From assembly GCF_964204645.1 (NCBI RefSeq), contig NC_134025.1:27570299-27634298 (forward strand): 64,000 nt of DNA, read 5' to 3'. The notes beneath the pieces are model-generated. The model ran no database searches. It had not been told where the DNA came from and saw only the letters and a list, made by a program, of their open reading frames with translations. Of this stretch, positions 54,301-64,000 are shown one piece after another (positions within the stretch are counted from its first letter, which is position 1; every line of letters begins with the position of its first letter). The translations under genes and the position numbers were made by a program. The stretch is from Tubulanus polymorphus (taxonomy: Eukaryota > Animalia > Nemertea).

Positions 54301-57300
54301 TGTACTTATCTATTTTAAGATTCTTATAAGCAAATATATTTGAGTAAAATAAGAAGAGGCTCAGATGGTGGAAAAGTGAAGAAAACTGATCGCAGTGATA
54401 ATCCATTAACTGATAGAGGTATTTACTTTTGAATACAACCTGTGCACAAAATTGAAATTTCTTTTGTGTCATAAGCGGTAGTTATCGTAATTTACTGTGT
54501 TACAGGTCTACCTCTCGGAGTTCCATCAACGCCTAACAAGAAAATACTTTCAATCGACGATCTCGGGGATAATGTAAATAGTTTCTCTAATTCGTATTGG
54601 CCGGAAGACAATGCTAAACCGTACAGAAAAATCCTCGATCCAATCCAGAGTAAGTGTTTATCTTATTGCATTTATTAACACAACGAAGTCCATGGCAAAA
54701 AAGCTGTTTAACTCTTGTTATTTTTGTAGCGCCTGACAGTGGATTAAACAGTGACTGGTCAGAACAAGGAACTGATAATAAAGGTCTGTAATAATATTCA
54801 ACGATTACCAGAATTGTGGTTTAAGAACCCTGAATTATTTGTGGCAATCTCAATTTGATATATTTACACCTTAGGTGAAAATGACGTGTCGCCAGTGCCT
54901 TTGAAACCAACACTCGTGAGAAGTTCATCTTCTCGTCGGGCTAAAGTGCCGCCAATTCGTGGCAGTCCTACTGCTAAAGGCGAAGATGATAGTGCCTATT
55001 CACCTAGTATCAGAAGTTCAAGGAATTTCAACTCGACTGAAAAACCGCATGAAGAGGTCAGAATTGGAATAAAAATTTGTTGTAAATCGGACAACGACGT
55101 TGTAGAAAACTTCATATTCTTTTCAATTGTTTTTCGTTGATTTCAGATCGATACTGCTTTAAAACAGATTCGCAATAGCGCGTCGAAGAAACGAGCTGAA
55201 AAACTATTCGAAAAATTGGAGAAACAGAATTCAAAGACCAGTGACTTGGGAAGTCCGTCTTCTTCCCCTCCGCCCTTGCCATCACCGCAGAAGAACACTG
55301 CTCGCAAATCAGAATCTGTGTGAGTACCATATCTAAACCAGAGTGGCCACTAAACTTGGAAATGGAAAAGTCGGGGAATTTATTTTTCTTTAGAAAATTC
55401 AGGGAATTTTGTTAAAAGCTTAAAATTGGGTAAAAGTCAGGGAAACACAGCTACATTTTTAGCCAATGCGCATGTTAAGGGAATAGTCGGGGGAAAGCTA
55501 TAGTCAAGCAAAAATGCCACTATGTAAAGCTATGTTTATGACTGGATGATTATTGAGAAAGTAAAAATGAATATTTAAAATTTTTAGTAAAAAGAATGAA
55601 CCATCCACAGAACGTAAGCCTCAGCCACGTGTTTCAAATCCCCAGGAGCGGGATACTAGTTCACTGAAGACGGACTACAGCGCGTTAAGTGGTGCGACAT
55701 TTCGCGAAAACCCCAATTCGGATGTTAAAATAGTCGGGCGTGGATTTAACGATGAGTTGTCGTCACCTGACAATAAATCATCTACAGATATCAATCGATC
55801 TGTTCCGGTTAAAGAGTCATCGAACAACAGTAAAGCCAGAGAAAAGAGACGTGTTCAAAAAGGTATTTTATCAGTGTGTTATTCGTTAGTTATTCAGTCT
55901 TATCAGTTCTATTTCACCGGAGTTAATTTTAAGTTCAGTTCGGCACACTTTATATTTATCATTATGAGCACACCACTATTGATATGCGGTCAATTTTCTG
56001 CATGAGAACTTGTGAAGTATCTGTAGTGGTTCCCCTCGATTATTTTCGTTTCGATATTCTTAACTGCAAAATTTTTAATCAACTCCTTTTTGGCTGAAAC
56101 TAAAAATCGTTACGTCTAAACTGAATTGCTGAATAAAGTAAATTTAGAATCAAATGATAGAATTCAAAAGAAATGTATTAGTGTGATAGAGCTGCATTTT
56201 AAGGTGTATAGTCAAACACTGATTATCACAAGTTTATTTTGACATCCATATTTTTGTGAGATTTCGGAGTGATGGTCATTATTGGAGAAAATTAATCAAT
56301 TACATTTCTTTGTTCTGGAAAACTTGATTATCATATCACGCTCGGTAATACTGTAGTTATAATCAGCTATCGATTAGTCCTCTGAAAAAATGCAGCTTTT
56401 CTGTTTTTGCATGTTTTTGTTTCTGTTTGCGCACATTGTTAATTTGCACACACTTTCAGGCACAATACTGTCTCCTTTAGGAGTGGTATCTACACAAAGT
56501 CGTAATAGCAGTTCTATAGCGGCTGAAGTACACGATGATGACCGGCTAAACGTGAAACAATCACAGTCTAAAGACCAGTTCAACATTGTTGGACGAGGTA
56601 TGGTAGAATTATGAGCTTAGTGTCATATTTTTCAATCATCGTCATCGTGTCTGATTTTGAGTGAACGCATCGTAGAAATTTCATTACGAATATTTTCTAT
56701 CGGTAACGATGAAACGGTTGCTATTCTATCCGATGGTCGATGTACAGTTGAATGTCTACGAAGCACTCCCTTCCTAATTCTGAAACTATTCTCGAAGTTG
56801 TTCGTCTGTCTATCATCGATAAAGCATGGGTGGAGCACTATTGTTAATAGCACCTGAAGATAGAACCTGTCAATTTCACATCGAAGTAATCAATTTGCTG
56901 AACTTTCTGCCTTTGCATTATCACTATGTATCTATCGACTGATAATGATTATTTCGCGCGAAATCTATTGACCTTTCATTGAACGATGGTGCATGATATC
57001 TGTGGAAGTTCTCAATTAATAGTTTGGTCTGTGTTACATTAGTAACATTCTTGTAGAATAAAACGTTCGACGTGAAATCAGAAATTTGGCATTCTATTCA
57101 GGGTCTTACGGAGTGGTGCAACTCGTGACTTTTCATATTTCGAGATTCTTATTTATGATGAATATTTGTATGTAATACTGTAGGTATGTTCGATACTCAG
57201 AGTAATGCTTCGGCTTCGATGGCGAATTTAAACGGCGATCGCGGTGAACGACGATCGAAATCGGATAACACGGCGCCACTCAGCGGCGTCGTCGGAATTA

Positions 57301-60300
57301 AAGTAAAACAGGATTCGTTCGAAGACCAGGACCCTGATTCAGACGAGGTAGGAAAATATTTTCAAAACGAATTGGAATATCACATTTTTTATGCCGCAGA
57401 AACTGTTACAATAATGTTTTCATACATTGATAACTATGCGTTATTTAAGGGGTTCTGTATGAGTCGATGTGCACTACATCATCAATATCAGGGCTAGACT
57501 CGTCGCCGGCCAATTCAATTGTCGATATATTATTGCTATTTCTCGAGGCATCAATAAATTTTCAATGTAGTTTCTTGTTAGAAAGTTCTTGGAACAGCGG
57601 ATAGATTAATTCATTCTCAATTATACAATTGAATGCCCCTGGAATGTGTCTGTCCAGATTTTAGCCTATGGTTTGGAAGTGTCGTTATAGATTTGAGTTC
57701 TTCATACAGTATTGTGAGAAAATCAAACAAGTTTAATTGCGTTGTAGTAAATTTTCTAATTCATTGTAGACTACTATATGTCTATGACAGTACGTGTGGC
57801 ATTAACTGTACATATACGTGTGACTGTGATAGCGGGTATCGGCCTAGAATCAGTCTTCAATGAGATTTTTCCACATGACATGTTTGTCTTTGAGCTATAC
57901 GCGCGTCTATTCAATGAATGATTCTTTCACTTAAACTATATATAAGACTTGTATAGCGATCGGCTTTCAAATGATTTCAGGCGACCTTTCTTAATATTGT
58001 ATTTCTCGCTATAAGCGAAGATTAACGGAGACAAAACGGTTTATTAATGATTGAAGTGATTGACACAATTCTAAAACCGCTATGTTTTGTACTTTGTTCA
58101 TTTTGATATACTTGTTAAGGAGACCAATAAAATTATAATTTCCCCAGACTTTCTCTACAATTGGTACATTGATTAATTTCATGTTAAAAGACACACAATG
58201 TTGAAGGATGATAATGAAAAATCGGCAAATCTAAGTCTAAACTGATTTCAATTTTTATTTATTTTTGCATGTCCAGTTGTCATGTGGAAAAGCCTTCATG
58301 AATATTGTAAAAACTTTGGTCAAAATTATAAACATTTTGTTGAACTTAGTATTTAATAAGGAATCTGTATCGGATTAATTAGGCATTTTGTGTTCATTAC
58401 TTTAATGTTCGAAAACTTCTACTTCAACGATGTTAATTAATAAACTGATTTGTTGTACAGGATGTTCTCGACATGGCGATGTCGAGAACGCTTCGCGAAA
58501 GTTTAGCGAAGAAAAAACAGCAGAAAGAAGAGGCTGAATTATTGCAACAACAGAAATGGGAATTAGAACAGGAAGAACGACGTCAGAAATTGGAGGAACA
58601 ACGTAAATTAGTGGAAGAAGAGCGTAAAAAAGCTAAAGAGCGTCAACAGAGTAGATTACGTCGGTTGAGTGGAAGCAGTTCTAGAGAATTAGGTTTAGAA
58701 CCGAGTAAGTTGTCTATATATGAGAGAGAGAGAGACGGAGCACAGAGCATATTCTCTTCATTAGTGACTCTATTCTGTTGTTACCGTCAGAATTTGATTA
58801 GTATCATTTCATTAATTGAGCATACTATGTATACCATTACCGGGTACATATATTGCACGGTATAATTTTCTCTCGTCTTGGTTATGCTCACACATGTATA
58901 AATTATACATGTGGGACTAAATGAAATGTTACAATGTGGACATGAAATGGCGGGGTATATTGACAGAACGTAGATTTATAGTTAGTAAGAAAGTGGTTTA
59001 AAGTTCAAGTGCGACATTTATCTGATAAATAAAGTGTTGAGCTTGTATTTGACAAATATGGTTTCATCTTCAAATTTGAATTTCATGTAAAGTCCTACGC
59101 CTAAATTTGTTTAATATCAATCATTACCACAAATATGATTTACGACCAGGTAAACTATAGTCATTTTATCGTTTTGCGATGTCAAACTATCCAGTCATAT
59201 GTCTGAAAGATAATTGCTTAAAATAGAAAGTGCTAACACAGACAGTGCCGTCGTGTTTGCTTAGACTAAGACAAAATGTGACCTGTATTTGATCTTCAAT
59301 ATACATGAGATATCAATTATATTACCTTAACAGAATAACCCAAATCATTGCTATCAATGACATTGAATGCTATACAGGTTTTAAAAATTTCTTCAGAACT
59401 ATTTTTCTACAGTATTCCTTTGAACCATTGACAAATACTTTCAAATATGGATTAAGTGCTTTTAATGGCACCATAGATAAAGAAATTCCCTTGTTAGTTA
59501 CGTGTCATTTACGTAAAGAATGTTTCTATTCTTTCTTTAAGCGTTGTGTCCTGTTGAATAATAGCTGGTTGTTTTCTTTTCGAATTTCATTTTCCGTTTC
59601 GTGTGTATTCATCAGGATGGCAATATTAGTTGTATATTGACCCATGTCATCGCTGTTGCGTGTGTGTGGATTAATATTGATCTACCGGGGTAGTAGTATG
59701 TGTTAAGCAGGTTTTAGGCGTGGTATCTTAAATCAAAAATTTCTCAGTGGGTATTCCTCTGGTATCTCGCAACTAGCCCAAGTAGTAGTTTTCATTTTGC
59801 TGCGAAATCACTTTGTGATTTGATATCTTTACCTCCTGATCTTATTCACAGATCCATTAGATTTGTCCATCTCCGGAAATTCATCTCAACAACAGACGAC
59901 ACCCTCACCTTCTAGTCGTGGTAGTGATGGAAAACCACCAGCTCCTACCCCTCGTAAAAGACAGTAAGTTGAAGATTGAATTTGTTATTAAATAAAAACC
60001 TTAGGGGGCATTATGATTAATTCTCATTTCTCTATCAGGTCTAGTGTCCAACCTGGTCATAGTACAGTTAGTCCGCAATCTACGTCCAGACAGCTATCGA
60101 TGGAGTCCGACTCTCAGGAAGAATTGAAGCCGTTCAAGAAACCGGAGGAAGCTCTTCGCGATGCGCAGAGATTTATTCAACAGGAAGACTGGTAAGTTTT
60201 TGGTCTCGGAGATGAAATTTTGAGATACATGAAATATGATCCCAGCTTTTAACTGATGCGTATCTTTCAGGGAAACGAAATGTTCAGCGATGAATAATAT

Positions 60301-63050
60301 CCGTAGATTGGCAGTTTATCATCCAAATGTCTTAACGCAATCCTTACATGCAGTTGTTGTTGCTCTTACTGCTGAGGTATTGGAGAGAGTTAATTTTCGC
60401 GAGATATAACTGAGAATAGCTGAGAAAATAATATGCTTTATGATTTTTGTCTTGTTGTTTAGGTTAAAAATCTCCGATCTCAAGTATCGAGATTAGCGAT
60501 AACTACATTCGCCGAATTGTTCTCTTGTCTGAAGAAAGCTATGGATTCGGATTTGGATAACGTGACGAAAATATTACTAGCTAAAAGCGGCGACAGTAAT
60601 AGTTTCATACGTGAGGATGTCGAGAAAGCTTTGAAGGCGATGGTTGATAACGTGACTCCACAAAGGGCTTTATCAGCTCTGATCAATGGTGGAGCCAGGT
60701 ATGAAAAATTCTTATTAAGAAAACTCGAAATATATCATACACGGCGTGCATTAAATTGATATCGTTTTTTCGTACGATTTTAGTCATAAAAATGTTGCAG
60801 TTCGAAGAACGACGGCTCAGGTTCTGTGCGAAATTATCGAGAAAATGGGACCCGGGCGAATATTGAGCGGGATAAAGGACGTTACTGATCGCGTGCTGCC
60901 GACTACAGGACAGTTTATAACTGATGGCTCACCAGAAACCAGGTTACTATTATAACTTTTTTGTTAAACAGTGTGGGCACTTACCTTGAAATCAGGGAAA
61001 GCCAAGGAATTTTCTTATCTGGAAAAAAGTAAGGGAATTGTTGAGATAGCTAGATCGCACATAGTCATGTAAGCAAACAGTTTCTGTCTATGTTACACGT
61101 ATTTAATTGATTAGATGCAAAATCAGGCAAACAATGGTAAATGTCAAGGAAAAGTCAGGGAAAAAGCAAATCAAATAAAAGTTGCCTCAATGATTAATTT
61201 TCTAGTGGTTTGTGTAAAATTCTATTTGATTTTATGTATTATATGTGGTTTTGTTAATTAGGTATTACGGTCGTAGGATATTCTACATGCTCATGTCTCA
61301 TCAAGATTTTAACAAGATGTTAAACAAACACGTACAAGGACCTACGCTGCGAAATGTACAAGACGTGATTGAGAATCTTCGAACGAAAGTAAGTCTCACT
61401 AGATACTATCATCGATGATGAGATTTATTGAAAACTCGTCATGATGGATGTAATCATGCGTATCTGTAATTTCCCTAAACAGTGTTGCTTCAGTTGTGTA
61501 ATCTGATCGGGTTGTTTGAGGAATTGTTATACAAAATTTTAATTTCTGTTTGTAGGGTTTAGGAGATAAACCGGTGGACAGTACATCTGCCCGATCACGC
61601 AGATCAGGACAAGGTACTAGATCTGGTTCTCTAAGTCGTGGTAGTTCAGCTAGTAGGTATGTACGCTAGACCAATAAGACCACTGAAATTTCCAATTCTG
61701 TGATTCAATTGAAACAAAAGAATCCCATCAACCAGCCAACTTTATCCATACTTTGATATTAAAATCCCAGCCAACTATATCCATACTTTGATATCAAAAT
61801 CAAACCCCCTGTTTCGTTCCTTTCAGGTGTGGACAGCAAATCAAATCAATCAATCAAATAAATATAAAGGGATATAGAAAAGAACATTTTATCTGCACTG
61901 ATTCACCTCATTGTTGTTTTTGTTTTAGTGGTATTGATGGTTTAGCCAGTGCTGGTCACCGGCCGAAGAGAACCGATGATGCTACATTAGAGGAGATTAA
62001 AGAAATGAATGGTCAACTATCAGCTAATGATTGGAAGGATCGGTATAAAGGCATTCAGAGAATGTTAGACATGGTCGAGAATAACACTGACGTCGTAGGG
62101 AATAATATTGTCAAGGTAAAAATGATACCCCAAAAGGATTTTCGCAATTTGTCTACAGACAATTAGTCATTTTAGCTCATCCTTTATTTTCATTATTTCA
62201 GATTTATGATCGATTCATGCCTAGATTACAAGATTCCAACAGTAAAGTGAATTTATTCGCCTTACAAACTCAGTTGCAACTGATTCCACTGCTGAAAGAT
62301 TACCTGCCACAGGTGATCAATATGCTCATACCAAACGTGGCCAACAACTTATCATCGAAGAATAAAGATATTTATACTACTGCTGTTGAAATATTAGATG
62401 GACTAGTCGAATATATGGGTAAGTGAAGGAATCAATCGATAGATATCTCTGTGAAATAGTAACACGCGTATATCTTATTACATTTGATTATAATTAATCT
62501 ATCAGTTCATTATCAAAATAGATCAATCTGTTAATGTTTAGTCTGGGGAAAAAGAACTTTGTTATTATTCCACTTATAATAGACAATTAATGCGAATGTT
62601 CTTTTGCAGATGGATCCGTTCTGTTGTCTCCATTTGTGAACCTTGCAACCCAAGGAAACCCTCGTATTAAACCCGATATGGTTGAGAAAGTATCTTGTAA
62701 GTCTTTGCATTCCTAAATTTAAGAAGTAGCCTCTGGATTTTTGTCGACGTCTTATTTTTGATAACGCGTTAAATTGTCTACTTTCAGACTTAGTTCCGAG
62801 AGTGTATTCACGGAAACAGAAACACGTCGTAAACCACGTGTTTCCTCTCGTCTGGTCGTTACTAGGTTCAGCGACGGGGAGCGGTGCCGTACACGGAGCT
62901 ACCGGTAATATTCACAAAGCTACCGCGAAACTCGTCAACAGTCTTTATGCTCAAATGGGACAGTCGTTTTTAGACCACGCCAGCTCAAACCCCAATATAA
63001 CTGGACGCAATCTGAAACAGTTACAAGATATGATCGATAATCCGCCATGA
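51361..63050 (+). CDS. TOGARAM1: TOG array regulator of axonemal microtubules 1 (Crescerin/FAM179B/CHE-12); multi-exon
   Basis: A 2055-nt first coding exon (51361-53415) holds two TOG domains (LLDDSNFKITTVTL, HRNSRVRQE, VDAKRQVRQAALE, AVQARLARRQLPRLN). A Ser/Pro-rich linker follows, then TOG3 (VKNLRSQVSRLAI, DSNSFIREDV) and TOG4 (PRLQDSNSKVNLFAL); TGA at 63048-63050. Confidence 0.94.
53440..53766. mobile_element. MITE with terminal inverted repeats in TOGARAM1 intron 1
   Basis: Left gtgttctccacatgc...ttttagaggggc versus right gcccctttaaaactgcaagtggagaacactg (reverse complement cagtgttctccacttgcagttttaaaggggc). CAG...CTG-type end; no clear target-site duplication. Confidence 0.7.
55339..55524. 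mobile_element. Non-autonomous element rich in (gt)cagggaa repeats, copy 1
   Basis: Ends cagagtggc ... gccactatg form an imperfect TIR; repeated aaagtcagggaa/gtcggggaa units shared with 60969-61190. Confidence 0.6.
60969..61190. mobile_element. Non-autonomous element rich in (gt)cagggaa repeats, copy 2
   Basis: Starts cagtgtgggcactta (compare cagagtggccactaa at 55339); contains atcagggaaa and gtcaaggaaaagtcagggaaaa. Confidence 0.55.
61732..61801 (+). repeat. 35-bp tandem duplication in a TOGARAM1 intron
   Basis: ccagccaactttatccatactttgatattaaaatc followed by ccagccaactatatccatactttgatatcaaaatc (2 mismatches). Confidence 0.9.
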
Positions 63051-64000
63051 CTTTGTAAATAGTGTAAAATATCGAATGCGTGATAATCTATCTATGAATG
63101 TGGTGACGTTAGGTTCGGGGAAAGCTGTATCGCAAATACCATAGCACAACAACAACGACGCGCGGTAGATTCATATCCAGTGATGTCTCGCGTGCGGATT
63201 CCAGCCAGACAGTCCGTCCAATGAAAGGTGCTCAATGTGTCCGTGTGTGCGCAGGAAAGTGTAGCTATTAATAATATGAACGTACAGAGATTGTAAAACT
63301 GCTCACATAAAAAAAGGCAGATGTGTCAATATGATTTAGTTACAAATGATTAATCACTTGTTATAGCATCCTGCCCTAGTTGTTATTATTATCATTATTA
63401 TTATTATTATTTATAGATATATATACGTACTAAATTGACTGTTTCATCTTGATCATCCCTTCTGTTGTGTAAGATATAATTGTAAGCTTTCGACTTATAA
63501 ATGTGTATGATTTGTTTGTTAATACCAGAAGTAAGAGTATATTTTAGTTTATGCAACGAATGCATAGTCGATGTATGTGTCCTGTTTATCTTTTAACCAG
63601 ACAGTTTTTAGTCTTACGAGATAACTGTAGTATGTAATAATGAGAATTACTTTGCGCATCGCGTAGTTGCCAGTTTTTTTTAGATGATTAGAAAAATCCA
63701 CAGATATTAGAAAATTGGCCGCCCAACATTTTACCACACTACATGTGTTATATCATCTATGGTTTTCCGTCCAGCCAGTTGATAATGATGTATTTAACCG
63801 AAAATCAGTGTACAAGTTGTTTATTTATTTTTGTAACAGATAAAAAATGTACACAGTATATATCAGTGATGTGCACGTTGTTAGTACAGAGAAAGAAATA
63901 AATGGCAATATGTTGTCATAAACACCAAAATGTTTTTCCGTCAATTTGATATTCATGAGGATTTGATATTCTTTGAGGATTACGTTATATGAGGAGTTCT

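Noticed and set aside
61732-61801. 35-bp direct repeat as a CRISPR-like array
   Set aside because: Two abutting copies with no spacer, in a eukaryotic intron, with no cas genes.
61827-61928. Upstream in-frame alternative acceptor in TOGARAM1 (+34 aa) or AG|GT recursive site
   Set aside because: The added peptide is translated low-complexity intron sequence, chance explains it, and the intron is too short to need recursive splicing.

Overview
AT-rich, gene-dense animal genomic DNA with short (~70-90 nt) GT-AG introns; the protein sequences look like a lophotrochozoan-type invertebrate (inference). Ten protein-coding genes are readable, mostly in head-to-head and tail-to-tail pairs: SLC4A1AP/kanadaptin (-), NVL (+), AP4S1 (-), striatin (+), UBR1/2 (-), NUDT14 (+), DNMT3 (+), TMEM181 (+), an intronless SPATA48/SPMIP7-like gene (-) and TOGARAM1 (+). 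There is also a U3 snoRNA gene with its own promoter elements and several small MITE-like inverted-repeat elements. No prokaryotic system, CRISPR array or autonomous transposon is visible. The best leads are: a tandem pair of 99-nt, probably mutually exclusive exons in UBR1/2; three phase-compatible alternative first exons of TMEM181, one behind a perfect RFX X-box, within a possible RFX/ciliary gene cluster; an S-L-R-x-x-P-x5-F-Q motif in this invertebrate DNMT3 that resembles the DNMT3A1 UDR; a 12-nt microexon next to a U12 intron in AP4S1; and a candidate nested antisense small gene in TOGARAM1. CDS coordinates are start-to-stop spans including introns and were read by eye. Homology calls come from recalled sequences, not from database searches.
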